Source of the DNA: Octopus sinensis
Taxonomy: Eukaryota
Length of the DNA: 64,000 nucleotides
Assembly (NCBI RefSeq): GCF_006345805.1
Contig: NC_043014.1
Location: 4,774,001-4,838,000, forward strand
Reading direction: 5' to 3'
This document shows positions 26,090 to 41,902 of the stretch, piece by piece. The translations under genes were made by a program, and so were the position numbers. How positions within the stretch are numbered: the stretch's first letter is position 1; each line of letters begins with the position of its first letter. The notes under the pieces were generated by a model. The model was not told where the DNA came from. It did not search any database and was given only the letters and a program-made list of their open reading frames with translations.

Positions 26090-26124
26090 GTTTAACGTTT
26101 CGGGTGGAGTTCTTCGTCGGAAAC
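26090..26124 (-). ncRNA. Minimal Penelope-type hammerhead ribozyme-like motif (degenerate); copies at 53368-53402 and 63701-63735
   Basis: Reverse strand reads GUUU-CCGACGA-AGAACUCCACCC-GAAA-CG-UU-AAAC: stem I GUUU/AAAC and palindromic AACGUU. The core has U4C and stem II is imperfect. Confidence 0.5.
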
Positions 26125-26820
26125 ATACGAGAAAGAAAGATCCAGAGGAGGGAAGACAGAGGAAAAAAAATTACCAACGGTACACGCGCGGCCACATATT
26201 GAATGACCGGAAGGAAATGGGTGAAGAAAAGTTCTTTCAAAGACAGGAGAGTGGTAGAGGAGGAGGAATGTGTGTGTAAGTGTGGATAAGAGCGTGCGCG
26301 GAGGTCTGCGTGTGTGTGTCTGTGCCTGTGTGTATGTGTGCAATGATGACACGTGTGGGTATGTGTGTTGTGGCTGTTAAACTTTGCGTGTTGTAGGGCT
26401 AGTAGTGTTAAGAAGAAGGAATTGGGCGTGGCTACTTTTGACTCTACCACCTGTTAAGTAGTAGGTATTGCTAGTTTGAAGTATGTGGGTGTGTGCGTGT
26501 ATTGTGTGCGGATGATACGTATATCTCTGTGATGACCGTCGAAGACCAGGCTATCAGTTGTTGCTACATATCGCTGGTCACAATGCGCTTCGCATTGATT
26601 TAGCCTTCAAATGACGCCATCCCGTGGGCTAAGCGAGCAGGCCAACAGAAGAAAGGGAGAAAGTTATAGCGAAAGAGTACAGCAGTGATCACAACAACCC
26701 GCTCCCTGAGTCTCGTGGAGCTTTAAACACACACAACGCCCAGTCTGAGATTCGAAACCGTAATCCTACAACCGTGAGTCCGCTGCACTAACCACTGGGC
26801 CACTGCACTTCCACACAGAC

Positions 26821-26945
<125 letters not shown>

Positions 26946-27314
26946 TATATGTATATACAAATATACATATCAATATATAGGTATACACGTATACTTAGGC
27001 ATACACACCATAAATGAGAGTGGACATACACTGTATAGTGTGATTGTTCGTGTACAATTGAGCACATGTGTGTGTGTGCGTGCGTATGTGTGTGTGTTAG
27101 TCTTCCGTTCCTGATGGAGAGAAATAGATAAATGTGTGTAAATATGTACGTATTCCTATGTGTGCGTGTGTGTGTGTATGTGTCTGTTTCTGTGCGTGTG
27201 TGTAAGTGTACATCGAGATATAATACTTAACACTAATATTAATAGGGCTAAACGTTGCAGCGACAGGGCATGGCCATGCTAGAACCCCACCATTAGATTT
27301 TTTTCATTACGCAC

Positions 27315-27390
27315 TTATTTCCCTCTCCAGGATTATGTCTGGTGAAAGAGCGATCGGACAGGAGTACAATTCCACTCTTCTTTGTGTTTA
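27315..27390 (-). pseudogene. Gene B candidate exon 2 with first codon GAA changed to TAA; exon 3 almost entirely deleted (remnant at 27102-27110)
   Basis: cccaag|TAAACA. Junction gtgttagt/cttccgttcctg removes about 190 bp relative to gene A. Confidence 0.5.
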
Positions 27391-27425
27391 CTTGGGATGT
27401 GTGTATATGTATGTATACATATATA

Positions 27426-27554
<129 letters not shown>

Positions 27555-27555
27555 G

Positions 27556-27617
<62 letters not shown>

Positions 27618-28449
27618 TGTAGACAAATAGATTGATTGATAGATATGTATGTACATACATACGTAACTATATATGTGTGTATGTATATATGATATGTATA
27701 TATATATATATAGATGTATGTGTGTATGTGTGTGTGTGTGTGTCTGTGTGTGTATAGCACACATAGTGTGTATGTATCTATGTTTTACGTGTGTCTTTTA
27801 TTGTCGCACCACTATCGATTCTCAACTGATGTCGGTGTGTTTACGTCCCTGTTATTTAGCGGTTCGGCTAGAGATACCGAGAGAATGAGCAATAGGCTTA
27901 CAAAGAATAATTCCTGAAGTCGATTTGTCCTACTAAACGCAGTGCTCTAGCATGGCCGCAGTCAAATGACTGACACGGGTAAAGGAATATATTTATATAC
28001 AAACAAACACACGCACACACACACACACACACATACATATATATATATAGATCAATAGAGAGAGAGAGAGAGATAGGCAGATTGATACAGTGATAGATAC
28101 ACACACGCATATATTTGTTTGTATATATATATCTATATATGTTCACGCACTAATATATTCATATATATGTATGTTATATATACAAATATACGTATATGTA
28201 TATATATGTATGTTTAGGTGTGTGCGCCTGTGTGTTCGCGTGTGATTACGTGTGTGATCTTATGTGTGTGTGTGTGTGCTCCATAGGAACATATGTAAGT
28301 GATTCATGCATACATCCTTACATCCATCTATCCCTCGGTATGTACATACATCCACATATTAATACATACATACGTAAATGCATACATACATACATGCATA
28401 TATAAATACATAAAGACATACATATATTAACACAAAATCCATGACTTAC

Positions 28450-28593
28450 CGTTCTCGATTTCTCTTCCATTTTTCCTATTCTTGAATCTTGATGAAGAAT
28501 CACGATCGTCAGAACGAGAAGAACCCCAAAACCTATGAGAGAAGAAATGGAATAACGCTGCGAAATATTCCTGGACAGTTGTGCGAAATCCAT
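28450..28593 (-). CDS. Gene B exon 1 (signal anchor)
   Basis: ATG, hydrophobic segment, ACG|gtaagt. Confidence 0.85.
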
Positions 28594-29368
28594 TCTGGTG
28601 ACAGTTGTCGGTCGTACGTGATACTTCGTGTGGCTTCAACAAAAGATCGAGATGCGAGGTTTAAGCTGAAGACCTGTGACTGAATTCCACGTATTTATTG
28701 AGCGCACAACAACCCAGCTCTGGCATAGATCTTATCGTAAATTTATGAACCAATGCGATTGGTGGAACTGTAAAAGTGGGCGTGAACTTGTCTGACAGGT
28801 TTAATTATTGGAAAGAGATTTGGTTTGATATTGTCACACAATAATTAGCAAAATATTTTGATGAATGAGAGACACGTGTAAAGTGAAATGATTCCTGTTT
28901 CTGGATATATTATGATATATTTATTTACTAATGTTGTTATTTAATTTTATTTGTTATTCTTGGGAAACTGTTTTAATATTCAGTGTGGGAAATATTTCGT
29001 TCAACCAACAAATACACAGACACAAAGACACACACACACACACACACACTGACACACACACAAACACACACACACTGACACACACACTAAGAATCACGCA
29101 CACAGACACTGAGAAACACACACACACTGACACACATACACACATGCACACACACACACACACCGATACACACACACACAAATACAAACACACATACACA
29201 CTGACACACACACACACTGACATACACACACACACACTGACACACACACACACACTGACATACACACACACACACACAGACACACACACACACTGACATA
29301 CACACACACACGCACACACACGCTGACACACATACACACACTGATATACACACACACACACACACACT

Positions 29369-29405
<37 letters not shown>

Positions 29406-31651
29406 ACTGACAAACTCAAACACACATACACACTGAAACAACACACATATTCACACACACACATTCACACACACACACATTCACACACACACATACACAC
29501 TGATATACACACACACACACACACACTGATACACACACACACTGACATACACACACACACACGCACACACACGCTGACACACATACACACACTGACATAC
29601 ACACACACACACACACACTGACACACACACACACACACTCACACACACACACACACACACTGACATACTCAAACACACATACACACTGAAACACACACAC
29701 ACATTCACACACACACATTCACACACACACACATTCACACACACACACATTCACACACACACATACACTGACACACACACACATACACACAGATATACAC
29801 ACACACACACACTGACACACACACTTACACACACTGACCCACACACCGTGACTCACACACACTGACACACACACACACACACGCTGACACACACACACAC
29901 ACATACACACACATGGACACATGCGCACACACACACACACGCACACACACACAGACACACAGACACACAAATATGCGGGAAAATGCGGGCCCGTACGTGC
30001 GACCGCAGTTTCTGTTGGGGCACAAGGTTGAAGTCAAATCCTCTAGCGAAGTATTTATCAAAGAGAAATAGCGAAGGGAGGTAACTCACGACAGACTCCA
30101 GCCTGGCGCTCTAATGGCGTCACTTACTCGTTGTTGTTGGCTATGTTTAAGTTAAAGCTATAGCTTTAAGTTTGTCCAGATATTCCCCTCTTCGGTATTT
30201 TCTCTAGATTACGGCTGAACTGGAACCCGATAGGGAGCAGCACTGGACTGACATGCTGTTTTTGCAGCTTTTTGCACAGAAATTGCGTTTAGAGTTTGAA
30301 ATATGCCATTAGCACATTTTAACGAACCTAAAAATTGCTTATGCCTAATACTGAGCGCTAATACTGTTCACTGGAAACGCCATGTTGAATGTTTCCATAT
30401 ATTCATTTGTCAATTTGCATTTCGTGCTTTTATATTACTTAATTATTATTCTTTTTCTCTAGCTTTTTCACAATCGAGCATTCTTATGGCACGCAATGAA
30501 TCGGAGAAAAAACGTGCTGCCACCCACAGATCCCTCTTTCCACGGATACCTTCGTTTATCTGGCAGCCATTCTACAAACTCCCACATACAAGGAGCAATC
30601 ATGCTGGGTAGAGTGTGAAAGACTCAACATGTTGCACTGATTCCACCTAATGTATATTTTATAAGTGGTGTTCCTTTCCTTACTAAGTCGTTTATGTGTG
30701 TTACAGTTATTGTATGCATGTATCTCGAAGCAAGTTCCTCTTCTGCGAGTTTGATAGTTTTATGTTACAGACGGAGATAATTTGTTGAACTTGATGTTTT
30801 GTGGTGTTGCTGTAGATTCGGTTGATGCTGTTCCTGTAGTCTACTCATATTTCTTGGTGGTTTCATATTTTCTTTTGGCACATCAGTGTTCAGGGAACGA
30901 TGAGAGGCTGCGTGTGTAATGTGACGCGTGGTTTTGTGCTTGTGATTTTCATAGAAAAGCGGGAATATGTGAATGTAGGTTGAAAATAGTTGATCGTGGG
31001 ACGTGTACTTGTAACCTTGTCGAAAGTGTTTCGTGAAAACTTCAATGTGTTAGTAAGCTGACAAGTAGTTAGGTAGTCAACATTTTGTGGTATTTCTTCA
31101 GTGGATATCAAATATACTTTATTAGGCAATATCCGCGATTGGATTGCAGAACTTTCATCGCATCGATTGTAGTTACAATGATACGTATGGGAGTATTTTT
31201 TTTATCAAACCATCATGATTTAGTGATGTTAGTTATAAGCTTTTTTCGTGTTTTCTGAAGATTGATCATGAAAGGGTGATATATTTGTACGGAGGTGTTT
31301 CATTTGGGGATTGTTTTCATTTTAAGACGGAATACAACACACATTTAAACGAATCATCATTTTATTTCAACATTTAAATTTGATAAACTGAACCTCATAA
31401 AATGAATTCTAGAATCATTCCCTGAGGATTACATCGTTCTGTTAAGCTATTTGTCACATTCTATGACGTCTCTGTTGTTTCGTTTTGAATATTTTCTGAA
31501 AACTTGTAGCAGAAACTTATTTAACGACATATATTAGTCGGATAAAATATTGCAAAACACAATTACAAGAAACGTATATGTTGCTTTATTATATTATATT
31601 TTATGATTCGCCCACATAAATTTTCATATAGAAACGAATGTAAATTTCTAT

Positions 31652-32151
31652 TCAATATTTACTGCACACAACGCAGGTTAATTCTCGACCATTGACATAC
31701 GGTGGACATGGCAATGAACCACAAGCAGCCTGAACGAAATATAATAGAGCTCCATTTTCGTTTCTGTAACCTGCTGGATCAGCTTCTGGTTCGTAGTCCA
31801 CACACACATACTCATGTCTGCCCTTATGCTTATAATACTCGGTCATCAAATATCCCGAATACTCAGCTGTCCAACCAGCGTAACACTTTGTCCTGGCTGG
31901 TAACATCATAACAACAGCAGGTTGTCGTGTCAAACAGACAGCGCACGGAACGTTGTGCTCATGAATTGATTCAGCGTTAGCAAAAGAAAAGAGTTTATTA
32001 GTTGGGTAAAAAGTTAGTTCATATTCACTACCATAAATGTAACCACCTTCTTCAACTTCTGTAGTATAATTGGCCCAAATGGGATCGTTGGGTAGACACA
32101 AGAGATTACTTCCGCCACCAGTATGAGAATAAAATTGTCCACCAGCCACAC
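31652..32151 (-). CDS. Gene C terminal exon (C4-like domain)
   Basis: ttcaag|GT GTG GCT (AAG acceptor); 500 nt, open. Confidence 0.9.
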
Positions 32152-32362
32152 CTTGAATCGGTAAGAATAAATCAAGTAAAAAAGATAATAAGCAAAATTA
32201 TATATGAAATAACAGAAACATTCATTACAATTTTTCACTTAAAAGAAGTCACCTTTACTCACGTGTGAACGAATTGTGGTGTACATATGTTAGTGTTTAT
32301 GTGAGTGTAAGCTGAGTGTTGCTGAAAGCTTAAGAACGTAGCTGTGCATTTGCCTTCTCATC

Positions 32363-32403
<41 letters not shown>

Positions 32404-32404
<1 letters not shown>

Positions 32405-32815
32405 TCTTTTTTTTCTTTTACTTCTTTCAGTCATTTGACATCGGCCATGCTGGAGCACCGCCTTCAGTCGAGCATATAGACCCCGGGACTTATTATTTGT
32501 AAACCCAGTACTTATTCTATCGATCTCTTTTTGCCGAACCGCTAAGAAACGGGGACGTAAACACACCAGCATCGTTTGTCAAGCGATGGTGGGGGGACGA
32601 ACACAGACACACAAACATATACACATACACAAATATATATATACATATATTCGACAGGCTTCTTTCAGTTTCCGTCTACCAAATCCACTCACAAGGCATT
32701 GGTCGGCCCGAGGCTATAGCAGAAGACACTTGCGCAAGATGCCACGCAGTGGGACTGAACCCGGAACCATGTGATTGGTAAGCAAGCTACTTACCACACC
32801 GCCACTCCTGCGCCT
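32404..32815 (-). mobile_element. Full-length, relatively young tRNA-derived SINE in the last intron of gene C
   Basis: The reverse strand starts aggcgcaggagtggcggtgtggtaag...gggttcagtccc (A/B boxes), followed by a conserved core and tail; inserted in (TA)n; absent from the other four copies. Confidence 0.85.
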
Positions 32816-34261
32816 ATATATATATATATGCATATATATGTTGTGTGTTTACGGGTACCTATTTGTGGTTGCGACGTGGATTATTATGTATGTTTGCATG
32901 GGGTAGATGTTTTTCGGTGGATGTCAATAGATGGAGGAAATGAAAGATATTTTATAACGCATGCGTTCGTGTTTATCCGAAATGGAAAAGATATTCACGT
33001 GTGAACGGGGATATTTTGGGGGGTGGAAATTGTTGGTGGTTTGAGTAGGACAATGCGGGAGACGACGAGATGCAGAGAAGTGGTGGGTAACCGTCGATTA
33101 AATCTTGTTTAGTCGATCGTACGAGAGTCGGTGGCTAAACCTCTCGTTTAGACTCGGACGAATCAGGCTTACATAGACGTTATGATCACACAGACTTGTT
33201 TTCATGCAATACACAGAAACGAGGTGGGAGGAAAAATTGTGAGGTTCAGTGATGGCGTAGTGCTTAAGATGAATGGACGGCCGAGTGGGCGACCGATAAA
33301 GGATGCGTATAGGGTTTATAGAGAGCAGATTCAGAGCATTTTTAGGGATTGTGAGGTTGATTGGGGACGCAGTGTGTAGCAGCAGTTTTGAATTGGAAGT
33401 TTCGGAATTACCTTACAAAGATATACTGGATGATTAATGAGGTGATGTGGTGCATGAAAAGAGCAAGGTTTTAGCGATAGGACGATTTCGGTGAGGCGGA
33501 GAAGAATAGAAGTGCATTCTGTACTCTGTTGTGTTCTCTCACTAATATTTAGTCTCTCTCTATTTTACTTAATGAATAAGGTCTTTAGCTTTTTCCATCA
33601 GTTACAGTATGTCGCTTGTCCAGTCCTCATTCTACATTGTGCGTTCATTCCATTAACCATTTACAGCCACTGTCATCAATTCTAATAGACTCTATTCAAT
33701 TTAGCCCACACCTACGATCATTTGGCACTCTAGTTAATGATAGTCCCGTGGCCACTATTCAGCTCTGGTCACTCAGGTACAATACCACCATCCGTAGCCT
33801 GTACAATTGATCACCAGTTAGCAGCCTCGGTAGTTGATATCTACAATCCAAAGCTGGTCAGCCTAAATTCTTGATCGACATGGTGGTTTTCAATCCAGCC
33901 CCTGTCTGTAATTTAACGTAGAGATATCTATATTCTGTGGTTAGACAACATCCTGTTCAATTGGTCCGTAGTAGACAACATATAATATTCTGATTTGACC
34001 AAATACCTACAAAGGAGTAAGCAGTCTTGTGTAGTGTCTGTATAGTCTACATGTACAGACGTTTGAAACGTGACATATCATAAAAGGATTTGAGAATGTT
34101 TATGTCAGACAACCCGACAAAGGGTGAGTGTGTGTGCGTGTGCGTGAGAGAGAGGGTGAGAGAGAAAGAGAGGGAAGAAAATGAGAGAATGAGAGGTATA
34201 AAAAGTGAACCAGAGAAAGACAAAAAGAGAATGAGAGGTCAGAAATATAAAGTATACTAAC

Positions 34262-34336
34262 CGTCATATACAAGTTTTGAATAAGGAGGACAAGTTGTTC
34301 TGCCCCACCGGGTATACAATGATCCGAGACCGGGTT
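34262..34336 (-). CDS. Gene C penultimate exon (PGLGSLYTRWGRTTCPPYSKLVYD)
   Basis: tttcacag| ... G|gttagt, 75 nt. Confidence 0.9.
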
Positions 34337-34989
34337 CTGTGAAATTAAAATGAAATAATGTAGTTTAAAAGAAAGAATTGGGGGATCACTTACAAAGTAG
34401 GTTGTTGGATGGGAAGGAATTGATGGAGAAGAGAGAAATATAGAATTTAAGAAAGAACGAGTGAATGAATGAAAGTCAGAACGAAAGGTGTAAATAATAA
34501 GAATAAATTGTAAAGAAAGAAAAAAAGACATTTGTCTGTTGAGCCTGTTAGTGACGTTGATGTCAAAGATTTGAGAGATTAATCTCAGAATATCAGAATG
34601 TGTATCGGTCTCCGCTATGAACGGATGTATGTATGATACGCAAACTTGGGTATGAGTATATATACTTCTCAGTAGAATAATGATAAAACTCAATAGAATA
34701 ATGATAAAACTCCATAGAATAATGATAAAATATTTGCCAGGTGCGAATATTCATCGGTCAATTACAAATATTAGTTAGGAGCTCGGTGCAAATAAGGCCA
34801 GCATAACTACAATATGAAAATAACAACCATACCGCATCATTTGTCGATTTAGTTAAAATACATCGCATCCGGATCTCGAGTAGAGGAGTCCGGTCGATAA
34901 ATGTATAGCACACCCCACCAAATACCGTTGCAACCAGCAAGAAGCCTGCAACTTAATCTGGGGTGTGTGGGGTTAGAGCACAAAATTGA

Positions 34990-36810
34990 CGGTCTCAGGA
35001 AACCAAAGCAGATCAAGAAGGGAACAACCTTTAATAATTGAGAATTAAAACGTCAAAATTGTTAGATATAATCTGCCTGTAAGATATAATCGGTGTCTCC
35101 TCTACAAAATTTCGTTTTTCCGATAGCGTACACTTGGATATAGGCTTGAAACTCCACTACGCAACTGTGGTGCCAACAATGTCTGCACAGGTGGGATTAG
35201 GATACTCTCAATCCCCAGCTTTCGGATTGTATTATGGAGTGAAACCGACTAGGTGTGAGGGTTCACCTCTTGAAGCTAAGGCTGAATATGAAGGACCACT
35301 GTGGCTGCTGTAAGTATATGCAGCAAACAGCGAGGTCAAATCCAAATCCTTCCTAAGCAAATTCACCTCAGCTTTAGATATATTTGGGGTAAAGTCATTT
35401 GTCCTGCCAGGAGATTTCAGTGCCCACCTTGGCATTGATAACCGTGAGAAGGATTGATTGGAAGGAATGTCGTCAGTGAAATTAATGGAGAGGATATAGC
35501 AGCCTTCAGTGCAGGATACACACTCTCCTCTGTACGGAATAGATATTATTTTAAGACAGGGATATTTATAAGGGTGCCTGATATAGAAATACTTGGTGAC
35601 AGATGTTTTTGATAGAGTTTGGTCATCTTTCACTCTTTGCTGAACGTTCGGGTAAAAGGAAGGGGTGGAGTTTTCAACTCGTCACTACCTAAATATCTGA
35701 AAGCCTGAAAATTCCACCAGTCTGCCGAACACTAGAAATTGTTAAGTCCAGTGCAACCTACAGAATACAACTGGAAGCCGCAGTGGATGCTGGGATCAGA
35801 ATAAAAAATGTGGAGACTTTTGCATCCAAATTGAGAGTGACCATCCTGAATGAATTTGAACATCGAAATGGATTCGTGATTGTATAATTTTTTTCGGCAG
35901 GTTCTTCTTCGGTTGAACGCTTATTTGAGCTAAACTCACTTAAAAGTGATAAAGCTGCTGGTGAAAAGCACGTCCGGCTTGATATTTTAGAAACCTTGAA
36001 TACAGATTGTATTCTCTGAGTGAACCATGTATGCTATGTGGATGGGACCTCTGGAAAAAACACCAAGGCAATGGTAATATGGGGTGCCAATCACAATTTT
36101 CTCAAACAGAGACCAAAGATTGTGTTCTAATTATAGAAAAGTCTACACTAGATGTCAGGAAACGATAAGTAGGGAAAATGTTGCGCCCAAGATTACTGTC
36201 CGGGACGCAGTACACCCAACCAGAGAGTCGTTCAAAGACAGATCGTCCAGCAAACATTGAAATATTTCTAAGGTTTATACGCTGTAAACCAGGGAATCAC
36301 GTGCCCTGGGGCATGTTGCGGATGGTTTACCATGAAGGTGAGTTTAATGGGCAAATACTGGTTGCCATAAAGTACTTATATGGATGTTCAAATGATTGTA
36401 TTTATGTAAAAGTCGAAAGTTTACAACGTGAAGGTTTCACTTAATTGAAGTGTGCATTGTTAGTGCCCCTTCTCACATTCTTTTTTGTGATTTGGTTGAA
36501 TATGCGCAGCCATTGTGGTAGAGGTATCCCAATTCATCTCTACCTCATCGGTCGACTGTTATTTGTAGACGACATGCTGCTACCTGATTCGTCTGATGGT
36601 CACCAACAACATGCACTGAATGGGTTGGCTGCCGAGTACCCCAAGGCAGGATTGACAAATACCGACTTTGTAGGAAAGTGGAACATCATTAGTTCGGGTT
36701 TCTATTCACGAATGATTGGAAGCACAAGAGTGGACAGAATGCTGAATTGTAGATATAAACGCAGTGAAGCGCCAGCTCGGGCAATTGATTCTCAGATGAA
36801 GAGGTCTTGG
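34990..36810 (+). mobile_element. RTE LINE relic, gene C copy
   Basis: Close paralogue of 6580-8400 at an offset of about 28.4 kb. Confidence 0.85.
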
Positions 36811-38975
36811 CACAATTATCGACGTAGCACTGCATATATACTCATATACACACAATAAATGGCATAATATATTAGAGTAATACTTTATTTAGGAAATTAT
36901 TGTAAAGTAGAATATATTTTGAAATAAATTCAGGCAAGTGTCTTAGTATATATTATTGTGGACATATGGATAGTAATGTGGAACTAATTCAAAGTTGGTG
37001 AAATTATAAATCATTGGTTAAGGAGACACGGGTAAAAGACTTTAGCTATAAAATTTGTTCTTACTTGGTGTGTCATCTGGTTTATCGTCGAGAGATTTCT
37101 TGGAGATGAAACGGTTCTTTGAAAAAATAGAAATAGCATCATATAAATAGAACTTCAGGGTATTTATTATCGTTGAGAACTTAAAACAATGCAATAGATG
37201 ACAACATATTCGGGCAGGAATCATTGCCAACAATACCTTCTCAGCCCCTTAGGAATCGCCTAGAAGGCGCTTCCATCCAGTCAAACGATTTTCTGAAGAA
37301 TATCAGAGAATATAATTCTGCATTTCAAATGACATCGTATGGTGAATCTAAGAAGATAGATAAACATGAATTTACGCCGACGTCAAAGTTCAAGGGCAAG
37401 TCTATCCCCTCATTGGTTCCCTGGTAACCGCGAATGAACAACCACAGTTCCTCCAAATTTGCTCTATGAGTGATGTAGGACGTGTGGTGTCAAAATTTCC
37501 GATGATGGGTCGTGTTAGACACAGCGCACACTGCTGCAAAGGAGGGTATATCCACTGACAGCATTTCGGTGCGTTCAAAAAATCACACAAACCCCACCTC
37601 CAATTTTGCATGACAGGTGAGGGCCTGAAACACTCCAAACGGACGCATAGCATGTTGCTTAGTCGAATTAGCCCAGCATTTACTCTACAACTGTTTTGTT
37701 GTCAATGTTGCACTTTCCCATATCACCTGTTTCAAAATGACTGGAGTATATTATATACCAACTTTGCCATTTTAATCCCCAGCAATGCCGGGTATATCTG
37801 CTAGTACACACACACACATATATACACACACATATCTCTACACATATATATATATACATATATATATATACACATATATATATACATATATATATATATA
37901 CATATTTATATATATAGTTAAATTTAATCCATACAAGAAAGCACAAAAACAACGCGAGGACGTGGAACAAATATAGTATTATTGGACGAGGAAGGAAAGA
38001 AGGAGGGTTTAAGGTTTATGAGAATGAATGATCCAGAGGAGGGAAGACAGAGGGAAAAAAATCGCCAACGGTACACACGCGGACCCATTTTGAATGACGG
38101 AAGGAACTGGGTGAAGAAAAGTTCTTTCAAACACAGGAGAGTGGTAGAGGAGGAGGAATGTGTGTGTAAGTGTGGATAAGAGCGTGCGCGGAGGTCTGCG
38201 TGTGCGTCTGTGTGTCTGTGTGTATGTGTGCAATGATGACACGTGTGTGTGTGTGTGTGTGGTTGTGGCTGTTAATCTTTGCGTGTTGTAGGGTTAGTAG
38301 TGTTAAGGTCAAGGAAGAAGGAATTTGGCGTGGCTCCTTTTGTCTCTACCACAGGTCAAGTAGTAGGTACTGCTAGTTTGATGTATGTGTGTGTGTGCGT
38401 GTATGTATATGTATCGTGTGTGTGTTTTGTTTGTAGTGTGTGTGTGTGTATGTGTGTGTCCGTGTGTGTTGGTTTTTGGAGTTGTTTTTGAGTAATGTGC
38501 GCGCGTGTGCTTGCGTGCGCGTGTGCGCTTAAGTACGCGTATGCGCGTCTGTGTCTGTGCCCATGTGTGTATAAGTGTGTGCGTATCTGTATGAGTATCG
38601 TTCATTAAGGGTATATGAGGGCATCTGTGCTGGTGCGTGTGTATGTATTTGTGTATGTGTGTGTGCGTGTATTGTGTGCGTATGATACATATATATATCT
38701 CCGTGATCACCGTGACCGACCAGGCTATCAGTTGTTGCTACACATCGCTGGTCACAATGCGCTTCGCATTAATTTAGCCTTCAAATGACGCCATCCCGTT
38801 GGCTAAGCGAGCAGGCCAACAGAAGAAAGGGAGAAAGTTATAGCGAAAGAGTACAGCAGTGATCGTGGAGCTTTAAACACACACAACACCCAGTCTGGGA
38901 ATCGAAATCTCGATCCTACAACCGTGAGTCCGCGACCCTAAACCCTGGGCCACTTCACCTCGACACAGACATATA

Positions 38976-39108
<133 letters not shown>

Positions 39109-40508
39109 TGATCAAAATAAAATAAAAACATGATGCGAAGGATTCAGCGGTACATATGTTTCGGGCCTTTATTAGACAGATTTATAACAATGCATAATGT
39201 ATGTCTGTGGCCTTCTTCAGCCGCGCACAACAGCTTCCACAAGGACATGTGTTACATCAAATATTCTTGGTTGGGGATGCAAATCCTCTCATTCACGTAC
39301 GACATAATGCGGCAGCAGCATAGAATTGAAGCGTCCATCTCTTTCTTCTCTCAATGTAGAATGAGGAAAATCGGATGTTGAGGTAATGTAAATAAATAAA
39401 TACATATATAGAGGTGAAGATGGAGGGGCGAGAGTTCGGGACGAGGGATAAAAAATGTATAAAAAGTGTAAGTATAGAATAATATAAAATGTAGAGGATA
39501 AAGATATAAAGAGTTGTAAGGAGATGTAAAGGGGGTATAAAGAAATATAAAGAAATATAAATAAATGTAAAGGCATAAGGTTATAAAGTAAAAATAGAAA
39601 TAGAAATAAAAGTAAAAAAAACCTGATAAAAGCATGATAAAAGTGTAAAAGAATGTAAAGATAAGGGATGTATAGAGGTTACCGACCAAGCATGGTGGTC
39701 AGGAGATTGATAAAATTTAGTTGTAGAATTGTCAGTAAATCAACAGTTTCGTCTGGGGACCTAATGCGTTGTAAATCAGAGCTGATGAGCATTTAATCTG
39801 GTTCCTTGAATTAAATGGACTTCTAGTACATACATATCATCATGGATACATACACCCACATACACGCGTACATATACGCCTCCAAGGCTATAAGCATACA
39901 CACGCACTCGCGTGTAAACACGTACATAAACACACACGCACCCACACGCACGCGCGCACACACACATACATACAACAGAATATCCGCATATATACACGGA
40001 CATTACGCGCGTACACGCTCACATGTATATACGCGCGCTCATCACTACATACACACACGTATATGCCCACGCCTCTAGGTCTAGGTATAAGATATTAAAG
40101 GATGTGTATAAGAACGTATGTAAAGAATCCCGTACTCATGTCTATACGTGCACGCACACACGGCTGTGTGTCCGTATATATATATATATATATATAAATA
40201 CATATCAATATATAGGTATACACGTACACATAAGCATACACACCATAAATATCACAAACCGACGTATCTACTTATACGCATACACACACACAAACGTACA
40301 CATAAATGAGAGTGGACATACACTGTATAGTGTGATTGTTCGTGTACAATTGAGCACATGTGTCTGTGTGCGTGCGTATGTGTGTGTGTTTGTGTTTATT
40401 TGTGCGTGTGTTTGTCCGTGTGTCTGTGTGTATGTATTTACATTCGTTCTTACATATTGTCATATATAAAAACCAACGTGAATTACAGTCAAACGTTACG
40501 AAATTCAC

Positions 40509-40585
40509 CGATCTACATTGGCACTCGCACGTTTTATTTTCAGTTGGAAAGAAAAGATTAAAAAAAACTCGCCTCACTTCCGTTC
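40509..40585 (-). CDS. Gene C candidate exon 3
   Basis: Intact splice sites; open frame ...ENKTCECQCRS. Confidence 0.5.
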
Positions 40586-40793
40586 CTGATGGAGAGAAAT
40601 AGATAAATGTGTGTAAATATGTACGTATTCCTATGTGTGCGTGTGTGTGTGTTTGTATGTGTCTGTTTCTGTGCGTGTGTGTAAGTATACATCTAGACAT
40701 AATACTTAACACTAATATTAATAGGGCTAAACGTTGCAGCCAAAGGGCATGGCCATGCTGGAACCCCACCATTAGATTTTTTTCATTACGCAC

Positions 40794-40869
40794 TTATTTC
40801 CCTCTCCAGGATTATGTCTGGTGAAAGAGCGATCGGACAGGAGTACAATTCCACCCTTCTTTGTGTTTA
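40794..40869 (-). pseudogene. Gene C candidate exon 2 with first codon GAA changed to TAA
   Basis: cccaag|TAA at 40869-40867; same lesion as in gene B. Confidence 0.45.
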
Positions 40870-40886
40870 CTTGGGATGTGTGTTTA

Positions 40887-40990
<104 letters not shown>

Positions 40991-41007
40991 TAGATAGATA
41001 GATAGAT

Positions 41008-41053
<46 letters not shown>

Positions 41054-41427
41054 GTAGATAAATAGATTGATAGATAGATATGTATGTACATACATACGTA
41101 ACTATATATGTGTGCATGTATGTATGATATGTATATATATATATATATATATATAGATGTATGTGTGTGTTTGTGTGTATAGCACACGTAGTGTATATGT
41201 ATCTATGTTTTATATATGTGTCTGTTATTGTCGCACCACTATCGATTCTCAACTGATGTCGGTGTATTTACGTCCCCGTTACATAGCGGTTCGGGTAGAG
41301 ATAACGATAGAATGAGCAATGGGCTTACAAAGAATAATTCCTGAAGTCACTTTGTTCTACTAAACGCTGTGCTCTAGCATGGCCGCAGTCAAATGACTGG
41401 AACGGGTAAAAGAATATATCTATATAT

Positions 41428-41476
<49 letters not shown>

Positions 41477-41902
41477 GATAAATGGAGAGAGAGAGAGAGA
41501 GAGATAGACAGAGAGATACAGTGATAGATACACACACGCATATATTTGCTTGTATATATATATCTATATATGTTCACGCACTAATATATTCTTATATATG
41601 TATATTTAGATATACATATATATGTATATTATATATACAAATATATGTATATGTATATATATGTATGTTTAAGTGTGTGCGCCTGTGTGTTCGTGTGTGA
41701 TTACGTGTGTGATCTTATGTGTGCGTGTGTGCTCCATAGGAACATATGTACGTGATTAATGCATACATCCTTACATCCATCCATCCATCGGTACGTACAT
41801 ACATCCACATATTAATACATACATACGTAAATGCATACATACATACATGCATATATAAATACATAAAGACATACATATATTAACACAAAATCCATGACTT
41901 AC

